A stretch of DNA of 64,000 bases from a virus. Position 1 is the first letter of the stretch, and each line of letters starts with the position of its first letter. Positions 9,235 to 18,810 of the stretch are shown here, one piece after another. The translations under genes were made by a program, and so were the position numbers. Below the pieces are notes generated by a model, which had not been told where the DNA came from, ran no database searches, and worked only from the letters and a program-made list of their open reading frames with translations. Location: the IMG/VR virus record IMGVR_UViG_3300037042_006844, positions 122,556 through 186,555 of that record, one strand, 5' to 3'.

Positions 9235-9807
9235 GTGCGTGTTACACTGGTGTTATCAACACTAAAAATGACACACGATTTGGCTATAACATATCCCATT
9301 CAAAATAAAACTGAATGGAGTTTGATCGATTTCGACGAACCAGCTTTCTCCAATGCTGGACAGTATTTAACGCATTGGTATCCAAGAATTTTGTGTCCGG
9401 TGGGTGAGTGTCGAGAACTCTTGGATTCAGAGAGTGTTTTTTATGTTCGAGCATATGATCAAAATAGTGCTTTGCATAGCAAACTACTCGACCCTTGGAA
9501 TAGACCATTCAAAGTTTATTCATGTAGGAGTCCAAAACCCTCCAACAACCGCCGAGTTAACATCAACAATCATACAAAGTCGCACAATTGGCACAGTTTT
9601 TTAGCAACCATTCCGAAGGGAGTCTGTCCCAGTCGAGTGGTTGGTGAGGTCTTTATTACCTCAGTATGTTCTGTGCCAGTGGTATGTTTCAACATAGATA
9701 GGGCTGCATATTTACAAGTGGAGCACGATATTGTTTTAGAAGAAGGTAAATTATCGATGAATTATGGCATCAGATCGCCCGTTGTTAAATATCAAACTTT
9801 CAACTGA
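9235..9807 (+). CDS. hypothetical protein, LDPWNR-family paralogue 1
   Basis: Contains LLDPWNRPF. Stop TGA at 9805-07. The start may instead be MTHD at about 9268. Confidence 0.5.
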   Translation: MRVTLVLSTLKMTHDLAITYPIQNKTEWSLIDFDEPAFSNAGQYLTHWYPRILCPVGECRELLDSESVFYVRAYDQNSALHSKLLDPWNRPFKVYSCRSPKPSNNRRVNINNHTKSHNWHSFLATIPKGVCPSRVVGEVFITSVCSVPVVCFNIDRAAYLQVEHDIVLEEGKLSMNYGIRSPVVKYQTFN

Positions 9808-9811
9808 CTCC

Positions 9812-10429
9812 ATGAACCCGAAAAATAATAATTTCAGTTACGTAACAGAAACTATACTGCATAAATATCCCGTCACCAACAGCGAATGGATTGTTGTTGG
9901 AGTTCCTGGTAGTGTTGGCAATGGGTTAACGTTGTTTGAATATATGATGCGGTATTATCCATACATTCTTATTCATGGGATGGACGATACCAACGTTGCG
10001 AATGTTCTGCTGGGGGGTATATACAGAAAACATGATGATACACCACAAATTAGCTCACCATATTGGGGTGGTGTCGTTACGACGCCGGTTTCATTTCCAT
10101 CTAACAATGAAAAGCTCTATTTTGTTCGAACACCAGAGCGACATCATGCCAAATCTGAATATAAACAAGGTTCCGAATTGTTTCTTGATCCTTGGGACCG
10201 AGCTTTTATAGCAAGCCCTTGGTCCGCCGATGATAAAAGAATATCTGGCAAAGCGTATTCTAAAAATTGTTTATCGACGGGAGTTCCTTCTTTTAGAATG
10301 GATTGTCATGCATATTGGCATTTGATAAACGAGTATAACAAACAAATATTGGGGAGTGTATTTTTTACCACAGTCGATGGAACAATTGCGATCTGTATTA
10401 ATATTGCAATGGCGGCAACACTCAAATAG
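9812..10429 (+). CDS. hypothetical protein, LDPWNR-family paralogue 2
   Basis: ATG 5 nt after the previous stop, in the same frame as track ORF 9764..10429. Contains FLDPWDRAF. Confidence 0.5.
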   Translation: MNPKNNNFSYVTETILHKYPVTNSEWIVVGVPGSVGNGLTLFEYMMRYYPYILIHGMDDTNVANVLLGGIYRKHDDTPQISSPYWGGVVTTPVSFPSNNEKLYFVRTPERHHAKSEYKQGSELFLDPWDRAFIASPWSADDKRISGKAYSKNCLSTGVPSFRMDCHAYWHLINEYNKQILGSVFFTTVDGTIAICINIAMAATLK

Positions 10430-10430
10430 C

Positions 10431-10459
10431 TTGACCTGCCCCTAAATAAAGACTATACT
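10431..10459 (+). promoter_or_regulatory. sigma70-like promoter
   Basis: TTGACC-N17-TATACT, about 23 nt upstream of the ATG at 10482. Confidence 0.45.
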
Positions 10460-10481
10460 CTCTCTTGCACACACACATTAT

Positions 10482-10862
10482 ATGGCACGAAAAAAGACAC
10501 AACCACCCAAAATAGACGCAAAGCACAAAAAGCTGATCGCTGATGCTATTACTCGCAGTTGCAACCGAACCAGCGCATTCCCCAGTCTCACAATGCGGGA
10601 CATTCGACAGCTATGCAGCCAAATTCCATCTCACTACGACGATTGTATTGTGAGTTTTGGGTTTGTATTGAAGGATTTTGGAGAAGATCCCGTTGGAAGT
10701 GGTATGCATAATTTCGAAATGGCGTTGATACCCGTGAAAAACGTGTGCGTGCATCCAGATCAAACACATTTGGTTCTATGCGACGACGAATTGAGCGAGT
10801 ATATGACAACCAAATGTAAACATACATCTCTTCAACAAAACGACGATGTGGTCGAGGAGTGA
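10482..10862 (+). CDS. hypothetical protein
   Basis: 126-aa ORF. Confidence 0.45.
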   Translation: MARKKTQPPKIDAKHKKLIADAITRSCNRTSAFPSLTMRDIRQLCSQIPSHYDDCIVSFGFVLKDFGEDPVGSGMHNFEMALIPVKNVCVHPDQTHLVLCDDELSEYMTTKCKHTSLQQNDDVVEE

Positions 10863-10864
10863 AT

Positions 10865-11407
10865 ATGGTGCGCGATCTGTTTTCAATGAACGAAATTCAC
10901 AATAATACGTTGCAACTTCTTGAAGTTCTTGAGCCTCAAGAATTTGCAACCAGACCAACGCTATCGCAAATCATTGCTGAGTATCCAATAACCAATGGTA
11001 ACTGGGAAGCTGCGACACGAAAGGATTGTTATCACAACCACCGTGGTCCAGGTCGTGCCAAAACTTTAGAAGAAGCCTTGAAACGCGTGGTTAGTCATTG
11101 GGAGACCGATCCAATGCCGCCCCCAAATTGTCCGCCGTTTTCTATAATAGAAGAATGGATAGTTCGTGGACCGATAATAAATGTCATTTTGCCGCAGTAT
11201 TGTTGTTTGGACCCTTGGAACCGAAATTTTGAAAACAACCCCGTTCTTGCAGCAATGGGGCTGACCACACCAATCCGTATAACATATAATAAAAGATCCA
11301 TTGCAACGATTCGATGGACCACTGTCAATAAACAAGCAGTGTGCTGCGTGGAGTTGGGATCGACTGTGATAGCCAGCCCTTGGTTGTTCGGAATTTCACA
11401 TAAATAA
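10865..11407 (+). CDS. hypothetical protein, LDPWNR-family paralogue 3
   Basis: ATG 2 nt after the previous stop (the track shows a GTG start at 10859). Contains CLDPWNRNF. Confidence 0.5.
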   Translation: MVRDLFSMNEIHNNTLQLLEVLEPQEFATRPTLSQIIAEYPITNGNWEAATRKDCYHNHRGPGRAKTLEEALKRVVSHWETDPMPPPNCPPFSIIEEWIVRGPIINVILPQYCCLDPWNRNFENNPVLAAMGLTTPIRITYNKRSIATIRWTTVNKQAVCCVELGSTVIASPWLFGISHK

Positions 11408-11450
11408 CAAAAGCCGCAAATTTCGTCAAATTTTTTCTATTTATATTCAT

Positions 11451-11873
11451 ATGAGTGAACTAACAAACAATACATTTAAGAAGCATCTTGGACTGCTTCA
11501 CAATCGTCTCAACGAAATCGCAACACACGAAGGCAGAAGTGGCGATGAGGCAATCGGACAAATGAACACCGATGCCGAGAAAAGCCCAGAAAGCGTTTTG
11601 GCGTATCTTCAAAACGTCACAGACAAAGCTGGCAACCCAGATTTCAGTGGCGACTGGGATCATTATAGGGGAACATATTATTTCCACGTAGATTATCCTG
11701 GTAGCAGAATGTCATCGGCAGAAATCCATGTCACTCCAAATAAAGGTGGCGGATCGCAATGGGAATTTCTAACAGTGCGCCCTCATCAAGTCAAAAGGGT
11801 GAATACACTTCAGGAAATTGGAGCTTTGGTCACTGACTGGCTGGAAAATCATGGTGCCGCCCCTGACGCTTGA
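11451..11873 (+). CDS. hypothetical protein, a paralogue of 27871..28449
   Basis: N-terminus …NTFKKHLGLLHNRLNEIA, compared with …ETFKKHLGLFQARIRSLNEA in the other copy. Start at TCATATGAGT. Confidence 0.5.
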   Translation: MSELTNNTFKKHLGLLHNRLNEIATHEGRSGDEAIGQMNTDAEKSPESVLAYLQNVTDKAGNPDFSGDWDHYRGTYYFHVDYPGSRMSSAEIHVTPNKGGGSQWEFLTVRPHQVKRVNTLQEIGALVTDWLENHGAAPDA

Positions 11874-11927
11874 TAATATAGCGATTTTCTAAAAATCATT
11901 GATGTCGGAAAATTTCCCGACGGCACA

Positions 11928-11956
11928 CCTCGATCAAAACAGATCGAGGTTTTTTG
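11928..11956 (+). terminator. rho-independent terminator
   Basis: CCTCGATC-aaaaca-GATCGAGG followed by TTTTTTG. Confidence 0.5.
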
Positions 11957-11992
11957 TTGTGTGCCATGCATAACATATAGTTATTATAACAT

Positions 11993-12448
11993 ATGAAGTA
12001 TCTAAAATCATTAGCATTGGCAACGTTGCTGGGTATATCGACCCTATCAGCACAAACATTTACCAATGTAGTTGATCAGCGAGTTGAATCGCACGAAGAG
12101 TTCAATTACAACTACAAAAACCACTCCCAGACCATAACCAATCCGTTGACATTTTTTGTTACGTTTTCGGATGGTTCATCCACGAATATATACGGCAAAT
12201 TGACTCACCAAGATAAAGAGCAAGTTGTGTTCTCTGGTATTGCCAGCACCAATCCGACGGTAATTATTCAACCAATCGATAATTTTTATGGAACCAAGCA
12301 AGGCAGTGAATGGAAATTCTATTTTCACACCAGTTCTCCACTAACGGTTCACAGTTGGGGTGTATCAACGATCCCAGAGCCGTCTGTGTTGACAATCACT
12401 GGTCTTGCGATGATAGCATTTGCATTTTTCAGGAGGCACAGAGTATGA
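11993..12448 (+). CDS. secreted protein with a PEP-CTERM sorting signal
   Basis: N-terminal signal peptide MKYLKSLALATLLGISTLSAQ. C-terminal PEP motif, TM segment and basic tail (IPEPSVLTITGLAMIAFAFFRRHRV). Confidence 0.55.
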   Translation: MKYLKSLALATLLGISTLSAQTFTNVVDQRVESHEEFNYNYKNHSQTITNPLTFFVTFSDGSSTNIYGKLTHQDKEQVVFSGIASTNPTVIIQPIDNFYGTKQGSEWKFYFHTSSPLTVHSWGVSTIPEPSVLTITGLAMIAFAFFRRHRV

Positions 12449-12685
12449 TGCGCCGATGCTGCGAAAAACATGTGATCAGCAAAAACGGGTTTTATCTTGG
12501 AAGTGAGAAGGTTCGCTTTCCAAACCTCAACACGCAGTTATGTATGGTTTTCATTGTGCTTGTGAGCATAGGCATTGGCATTGCACTGGGCATGTATAAA
12601 TAGCAACGCCAGTGCTATAGTAGTTTTATAAAAACGCAATAATATTGGTGGCTGATAGTTATATCTAGTTGTTATAAACTTTAAT

Positions 12686-13747
12686 ATGACTGTTATCATC
12701 ATACCATGTTTCACGTATTACTACGAGACTGAACCTCTCGAAAGAATTCGGATATTGACATATGAATTCATTTTGAAAAACATCGACCGATATGCTGCCG
12801 ATGTCGTTTGTTTTGTAGGACGAAACTGTGGATTTGAAACGCACACCGAAATGCGTGGCAACAAAGAGCTTCGCTTCATTAACACTGCTGACTACGATCC
12901 CATGTATGGCGACGGTAGAATTGAGTTTAACACGTTTGCTGCGGTCAACACAATGTCTTCTGGAGACAAACTGATACTGGCTGATCTTGATCTCATCGTA
13001 TACGATCCAGCGTATTTTACAGAAATCTTCAGTGACCTTGATAAATACGACGTGGTGAGCACATTGGATACCCATGCAACGATGCCAACGTATCGCAAAT
13101 TTAACGATAGACCCGCAAATGGTTGGATAAACGATGATCATCGTGATCTGTCTTACCGATTAGAAATCATGAGACCCACTCCATATCGGGATGGAAAATC
13201 AAGATTTGCTCATTTTACGTTTGCATGTAGCTATGACTTTTTCAAGAGTGTTACCAACACACCCGCCACTATGGACGATTTCACACGCCTCGTCGCAACG
13301 AAATTTCCAAACGCACGAATCAAAGAGATCATATCCCACAGAAACACAGTGGGGATTCGTTCATCAAACCCCGATCCAGAAAGTTTGGATACGGGTGGAT
13401 TTTCGTTACCAGGAGATGGAAATGACGATGTGCGCTGCACCGAAGAATCATTCGCCAAAATCAAAGCGTTCCACATCGGAGCGTTTTCCCACATACCAAT
13501 ATCAGTTTTACATTTGCTGGGTCTGCGCCAAAATTCTATCATGGACAGCGGCGACATCATTTTGATGCCATTTTACATTTGCTGGGCAATCACCATGATG
13601 GACCGAGTTTATGATGATGCCACCAAAGCCAGATATTTGGCGTTGTTTGACACGGCACTGAAAAAATACAACATTGGACTTGACACTCCATATTTCAAAC
13701 GATATCATCAACTATTCAAATCATACTACCGAACCCATTTGTTATAA
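12686..13747 (+). CDS. hypothetical protein
   Basis: 353-aa ORF. Stop TAA, then an ATG 4 nt later for the methyltransferase gene. Confidence 0.5.
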   Translation: MTVIIIPCFTYYYETEPLERIRILTYEFILKNIDRYAADVVCFVGRNCGFETHTEMRGNKELRFINTADYDPMYGDGRIEFNTFAAVNTMSSGDKLILADLDLIVYDPAYFTEIFSDLDKYDVVSTLDTHATMPTYRKFNDRPANGWINDDHRDLSYRLEIMRPTPYRDGKSRFAHFTFACSYDFFKSVTNTPATMDDFTRLVATKFPNARIKEIISHRNTVGIRSSNPDPESLDTGGFSLPGDGNDDVRCTEESFAKIKAFHIGAFSHIPISVLHLLGLRQNSIMDSGDIILMPFYICWAITMMDRVYDDATKARYLALFDTALKKYNIGLDTPYFKRYHQLFKSYYRTHLL

Positions 13748-13751
13748 CCAT

Positions 13752-14345
13752 ATGAACGATGCTACTACCATTAAGAGAATCGCCGCTTTGCTGCAAACTC
13801 CTCGCTTGGAATTCAAATCCAAACAAAGCAACACCACAAAAGGATTGTATGATTTGATCATCAAACACGTCCGCCCCACCCATACTGTTGTGGAGTTGGG
13901 CAGTTTCGCTGGAGTCAGCAGTGAGTTGTTTGCCATCCACTGCGAAACGTTGTATTGTATTGATCGTTGGGAACCGTATTGGGAAATCAAACAAACCGAA
14001 CGTATGCAAACTGCCGAGCAACGTTTCGACAATATGACCAAAAACTATACCAACATTGTCAAAATGAAAAGTGATAGTTTGGATGCCGTGAAGAATTTTG
14101 AGGACGAAAGCATTGATCTCATTTACATTGACAGTGATCATAGCAGTGCTCAAGTGGACAAAGAAATCAGAGCATGGATGCCCAAAGTCAAACCAACGGG
14201 ATTGATAGCCGGGCACGATATCAATATGCCCACGGTATTCAAAGTGGTGATGCATTATTTTGATCCCACTTTGGTAGAGTTCTTCAATGACACGAGTTGG
14301 ATCACTCAGAAAAATAACATGAACGTGTGGACAGCACCAGCTTAA
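13752..14345 (+). CDS. class I SAM-dependent methyltransferase of the TylF/CmcI type
   Basis: ELGSFAGVSS (motif I) and IDLIYIDSDH…GLIAGHD. Start at CCATATGAAC. Same family as the four domains of 57960..60659. Confidence 0.65.
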   Translation: MNDATTIKRIAALLQTPRLEFKSKQSNTTKGLYDLIIKHVRPTHTVVELGSFAGVSSELFAIHCETLYCIDRWEPYWEIKQTERMQTAEQRFDNMTKNYTNIVKMKSDSLDAVKNFEDESIDLIYIDSDHSSAQVDKEIRAWMPKVKPTGLIAGHDINMPTVFKVVMHYFDPTLVEFFNDTSWITQKNNMNVWTAPA

Positions 14346-14352
14346 AAAACAT

Positions 14353-15198
14353 ATGAGCATCAAAATTGATTGCGACATCATCACGGTTGCGCCAAGACAT
14401 GTGGATTATCCAGCGTATCGTAAACGGCTCAAGGAGTTGGCACCCCATTTCAACAAAATCCATTATTTGTTCAACTACCACAGCGCAATACCTTACGCAG
14501 TTAATTACAGCGAAATGATTCGGCAAGACATCCCATTCTGTAATTTTATTGATGTGGATATGGTAAACACCAATGCTTCAGCACATTGGTATCATGCCAC
14601 GTTAACAGAAGCCTTCAAACATTGCACCAGCAAATACATCCTAATACTTGAGCCAGATTTTATTTTTAATGTATCTGAAGTAATCGCCGCAATGTCAACG
14701 TTCGACCGAGATGTGTTGACATATTCTGTGCGTCCCACGCCGAGCGATTGTGAAGGGAACAAAAGCTTTTTTAGAATATCCCCATCATTTTTCATGGTTA
14801 GACGATCATTGGCATTGCAAACGGCACAAGATTTTAGCGAAGGAATGACTGACAATTATACGGACCTTGATTTTCGAGAAGATGGAAGCACCGTATTGGT
14901 TAGATATCCACTAGAAAAGTTGAAATTGGTTGATTGTTTCAACAAATTTACCAATGATTTGTGGAAGCTGACTACAGATATTTGTTTGTTGACCGATTTG
15001 GGAATAACCAACTATTTTCATTATGCGGGGATCACGCACAATTTCTCGTTGTGCAGCCACGGAAATTTCGGCGGGTTGCACAATACAGATAATTTTGTGC
15101 AGTATCTCAAAGACAATTTGGATGTGCCCGGAGTGGCTTATCATCCAGATTATATTAATAATACCCACACACATCTCGCAGCAATTGCCGCTCTATAA
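14353..15198 (+). CDS. hypothetical protein, tandem paralogue A
   Basis: MSIKIDCDIITVAPRHVDYPAYRKRLKELAPHFNKIHYLFNYH…. Clearly paralogous to 15224..16075. Confidence 0.55.
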   Translation: MSIKIDCDIITVAPRHVDYPAYRKRLKELAPHFNKIHYLFNYHSAIPYAVNYSEMIRQDIPFCNFIDVDMVNTNASAHWYHATLTEAFKHCTSKYILILEPDFIFNVSEVIAAMSTFDRDVLTYSVRPTPSDCEGNKSFFRISPSFFMVRRSLALQTAQDFSEGMTDNYTDLDFREDGSTVLVRYPLEKLKLVDCFNKFTNDLWKLTTDICLLTDLGITNYFHYAGITHNFSLCSHGNFGGLHNTDNFVQYLKDNLDVPGVAYHPDYINNTHTHLAAIAAL

Positions 15199-15223
15199 GG
15201 TTCTCAATTGATATTTATATCAT

Positions 15224-16075
15224 ATGAGCACTATTATCAATTGCGAAATTATCACTGTCGTCCCACGTTGTGTTGACTATCCCGCATTCAGAAAACGTCT
15301 CAAAGAGTTGGAACCATACGTCAACAAAATTCATTATGTTTTCAACTATCATGCTGCCAGCCCGTCATCGTTCAACTACAGCGGTTTGATTCAACAAGAC
15401 ATGCCATTTTGTAATTTCATCAACATTGATGCGGCTACAATCCATGACCATTGGTATAATGTGGGAATGAAAACCGCATTCGATCAATGCACCAGCGATT
15501 ATGTTTTGTTTTTGGAGCCAGATTTTATATTCAAAACATCGGAAATACTGAACGTGCTTTCAACATTTACCCGAGATATATTGACGCATGGTAATCGTCC
15601 CACGGTAAATTTTGGAGACGTTGACACATCGTATCCTTGTTTGTCCCCATCGTTTTTTATGGTGAAACGATCATTGGCATTGCAAACATCATTGGAATTC
15701 GGAGAAGGAACCATCGCTGATTACACCAATATTCAATTCAACATGGATGGAACCACTTCTTTGGTGGCACCAGCCGAAACCACTCGTCGGGTGGACTGTT
15801 TCAATAGATTCACAAACGATTTGTTCAAACTCACCACCGACATTTGTTTGTTGAGTGATCTTGGCATCACCAATTATTATCATTACAACGGCATCACTCA
15901 TAATTTCACGTTGTGTCGCATGGGGGAGTATGCTACGTTGCACAACGCAGAAGAGTTTGTGTGGTATCTTAATGAGAATTTGAATTTGGACGGGATTGCC
16001 TACGACCAAGCTTATATTGACGAGAGCAACACATATCTTGCTGCAATCGGATCAAACAACAACAACAATAATTAA
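15224..16075 (+). CDS. hypothetical protein, tandem paralogue B
   Basis: MSTIINCEIITVVPRCVDYPAFRKRLKELEPYVNKIHYVFNYH…. Ends with a poly-Asn tail. Confidence 0.55.
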   Translation: MSTIINCEIITVVPRCVDYPAFRKRLKELEPYVNKIHYVFNYHAASPSSFNYSGLIQQDMPFCNFINIDAATIHDHWYNVGMKTAFDQCTSDYVLFLEPDFIFKTSEILNVLSTFTRDILTHGNRPTVNFGDVDTSYPCLSPSFFMVKRSLALQTSLEFGEGTIADYTNIQFNMDGTTSLVAPAETTRRVDCFNRFTNDLFKLTTDICLLSDLGITNYYHYNGITHNFTLCRMGEYATLHNAEEFVWYLNENLNLDGIAYDQAYIDESNTYLAAIGSNNNNNN

Positions 16076-16162
16076 AAAATAACACGATCATTGGGATGTG
16101 CATATGTATTATTGAAGGGAGTCATACAACTTGACTTCCGACACACAAACACAAAAACACAT

Positions 16163-16576
16163 ATGACACAACCACAACACAGCAAAACTGGGAATGTTGA
16201 CGGCAATCATCCCGATTTCCAACCATTCAAAACACATCCGAAGGACAGCGACTTCTTAAACCCGGACGGCACCTTTAATCCTCGACATATTCGGGAACCA
16301 CACGCCTATATGGCAGCTTATAACGAAGCGCATGGGTGTCCAGAACAAAAACAGGCAGCATCGAGCGCAAAAACTCCCTACGAACTTCGTTGGGATATCC
16401 TCAAAGAAATGATTAGTGTCACTCAAAACGAGTGGTTCACCAAAAAAGAGATTGCGGAGCGCAACGCTGATAGAAGCGCAAGACCTGTGGAATACATTGG
16501 GGATTTTCCGCTAGACCGCGCAGTCGAACGTGCAGAGACAGTTTACAGCAAATTCATTTGCAATAACAGAAAGTAA
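16163..16576 (+). CDS. hypothetical protein
   Basis: Track ORF 16091..16576. The likely start is the ATG within CACATATGACAC. Confidence 0.4.
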   Translation: MTQPQHSKTGNVDGNHPDFQPFKTHPKDSDFLNPDGTFNPRHIREPHAYMAAYNEAHGCPEQKQAASSAKTPYELRWDILKEMISVTQNEWFTKKEIAERNADRSARPVEYIGDFPLDRAVERAETVYSKFICNNRK

Positions 16577-16605
16577 AATCACCTAACTGTTTTATATAGA
16601 TCGAA

Positions 16606-16640
16606 AATCCCGTCAACTTTCGCTGACGGGATTTTTGTTT
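16606..16640 (+). terminator. rho-independent terminator
   Basis: AAATCCCGTCA…TGACGGGATTT followed by TTGTTTT. Confidence 0.55.
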
Positions 16641-16680
16641 TCCTTGACTTCATAAAAAGCGGGTGTATCTTGGTATCAAG

Positions 16681-17145
16681 ATGATAATTATAAAAGACAA
16701 CTGCAACATTTTCGATGGTGGTGCTCAAGCCATCATTCATCAAGCCAACTGTTTCAACACGATGGGTAGTGGAATTGCCCGTCAGATTCGTGAACTCTAT
16801 CCAGAGGCGTATGCTGCGGATTGCATGACAGACCGAGGAGATCGGCGCAAGCTGGGTCATTTTAGCTGGACAAAGACCGGCGATGGTAAGTTTCACATCT
16901 ATAATTGCTATAGCCAATACGAATATGGCAGAGAACGTAGGCACACCAATTACGAAGCAATTTACACGGGGCTTACTGACATCAAAGCACACGCTGAGTC
17001 GCATGGTCTGACCACGTTGAGTCTGCCGCATATGATGGGTTGTATGTTGGGTGGCGGCAGTTGGAGAATTGTCGCTGCAATTATCGATGAGATTTTCTCC
17101 ACCGATCCAGAAACGGCGTTGTATATCTGCAAATACAATCCTTAA
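16681..17145 (+). CDS. macro domain protein (ADP-ribose binding or processing)
   Basis: GGAQAIIHQANCFNTMGSGIARQI matches the macro-domain glycine-rich motif. The ATG sits about 9 nt after a TTGACT…TATCTT promoter, so it is near-leaderless. The track's upstream start is a GTG. Confidence 0.65.
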   Translation: MIIIKDNCNIFDGGAQAIIHQANCFNTMGSGIARQIRELYPEAYAADCMTDRGDRRKLGHFSWTKTGDGKFHIYNCYSQYEYGRERRHTNYEAIYTGLTDIKAHAESHGLTTLSLPHMMGCMLGGGSWRIVAAIIDEIFSTDPETALYICKYNP

Positions 17146-17158
17146 AATAAAAAAACAT

Positions 17159-17509
17159 ATGAAAAATAGACCAGCAGTAGTTACGTTATTTGATAAAAAC
17201 CGATGGGACAGCTATAAAGAGCGTTCTTATCAACCGTTTAATTGTGAAACATGGCAGAGTCTATTACGTTCTGACTTAGCAATTAGTGTGGATTACATCA
17301 ACCAAACATTTACTGTGGTTAAAAATAGATATGGGTATTATGATAAAATCAAAAATGCTCCAATGAATTTGATGACCACGTTTATTTTCGATCCAGAATT
17401 GGATACGATGGAAAAACTTGGCAAATTTGGTCAGAAACCGTCAGACGTTGGTATTACTAATAATAATAAACCTCAACAAACACTATTTGCATGGGAGGCA
17501 CCGCATTGA
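17159..17509 (+). CDS. hypothetical protein
   Basis: Track ORF 17051..17509. The likely start is in AACATATGAAAAAT. Confidence 0.4.
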   Translation: MKNRPAVVTLFDKNRWDSYKERSYQPFNCETWQSLLRSDLAISVDYINQTFTVVKNRYGYYDKIKNAPMNLMTTFIFDPELDTMEKLGKFGQKPSDVGITNNNKPQQTLFAWEAPH

Positions 17510-18249
17510 ACACCACATTGGAACTTGGCACTTTCGTAAACACGGTCGCCGTAAAAAATCATCCATTCAAAAAACTGGTGGCACATCACAAATGCGCCAC
17601 TCCATTTGAATACATCATCGAAATTCTGCCAAAATGTAGTCCGACAGGACCGTGGATTGCTGGTGGGGCATTGTTACGCACATACACTGGACAGCCTCTT
17701 GACAGCGATGTTGATGTGTTTTTTCAAAACAAAGAGCAGTGTGATAGGTTCATCACCACCATTACAAGTGGTGCCTACGGTGGATCGATGGAAGATCGCA
17801 AGAAAAATCAATACACTGTGGAAACCCGGTTCAGCAACCAATGGCACACCACAATCACCATGAACTACATGGGTCGGGACTGGAAGATTCAGTGCATTAC
17901 ATTCGTGTTTTTTAAGACCATTAATGAATTGTTTGAATCATTTGATTTCGATGTGTGCATGATGGCATATGACGGTAATGAGTTGTATGTCAACAACACC
18001 ACATTTGATGCAATCGAAAACAAAATGGTTAAGTTGATGAAAATCAACTATCCCAGTATTACACTAAAACGACTTGTCAAATACATGCGTCAGGGGTATA
18101 ATGTTGATGACGCGGACGTTACAATGCTCGTCGCCAGTTTCCGAGGACCGAAGGAACCTGTTGGCATTATGGATGAAAGTGGTGAAAACGGAGGAAGGTG
18201 GGCAAAAATATCAAAAACCAACAATTGGTATATAAATTTGAGGCGATGA
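17491..18249 (+). CDS. Pol-beta-superfamily nucleotidyltransferase-like protein
   Basis: WIAGGALLRTYTGQPLDSDVDVFF fits the hG[GS]…[DE]h[DE]h nucleotidyltransferase signature and resembles the head domain of CCA-adding and MNT enzymes. Confidence 0.4.
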   Translation: MGGTALNTTLELGTFVNTVAVKNHPFKKLVAHHKCATPFEYIIEILPKCSPTGPWIAGGALLRTYTGQPLDSDVDVFFQNKEQCDRFITTITSGAYGGSMEDRKKNQYTVETRFSNQWHTTITMNYMGRDWKIQCITFVFFKTINELFESFDFDVCMMAYDGNELYVNNTTFDAIENKMVKLMKINYPSITLKRLVKYMRQGYNVDDADVTMLVASFRGPKEPVGIMDESGENGGRWAKISKTNNWYINLRR

Positions 18250-18262
18250 TTTAAGAAAATTT

Positions 18263-18502
18263 ATGAGCAAATATAAAACAAAAACGGCAATGGAAATCCG
18301 AATTGAACACTCCGAGTCTGAAGGACAGTATCTAAAAGTCTGTCAGGCAGACAATTGTATTGGTCTATATGCTATGAACTCGAAACATGATGGTTTAGTT
18401 TTGGGTTGTCTTGAGATCGATCCTGGCATGGCACCTATGCTAATCAAGGCGATTCAAAGAGTGGCGGACTGCATTAATGATAATAATGATAATAAGGAAT
18501 AA
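18263..18502 (+). CDS. hypothetical protein
   Basis: 79-aa ORF. Confidence 0.4.
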   Translation: MSKYKTKTAMEIRIEHSESEGQYLKVCQADNCIGLYAMNSKHDGLVLGCLEIDPGMAPMLIKAIQRVADCINDNNDNKE

Positions 18503-18567
18503 ATTATTATGAGTGTTGATTATACTAATAAAGTGGGGAGTATTGTGCTGGATATCTTAACAAACAT

Positions 18568-18810
18568 ATGACTGTAGGAAATTTAATTGAGTTATTGAAA
18601 GCGCAGGATCAGAACTTGCCTGTTATGGTTCGAGGATATGAGGCTGGCGTTGATGATGTAACTAGTATCCGTCGGATGAAAGTTGTATTAAATGCAAATA
18701 CCACCGAATGGTATTATGGAGATCATGAGCCTTATGATTTGAAGCAATTAGACATACCGGAAAATGCCGTGACAGCTTTGTTCTTACAAGGAGGTTCGGA
18801 GATCGTATGA
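18568..18810 (+). CDS. hypothetical protein
   Basis: 80-aa ORF starting at AACATATGACT. Confidence 0.4.
   Translation: MTVGNLIELLKAQDQNLPVMVRGYEAGVDDVTSIRRMKVVLNANTTEWYYGDHEPYDLKQLDIPENAVTALFLQGGSEIV

Noticed and set aside
17491-18249. Calling the nucleotidyltransferase a cGAS/DncV-like CD-NTase (CBASS)
   Set aside because: Only the generic GG…DxD Pol-beta signature is visible, with no effector or partner genes. It was left as a generic nucleotidyltransferase.
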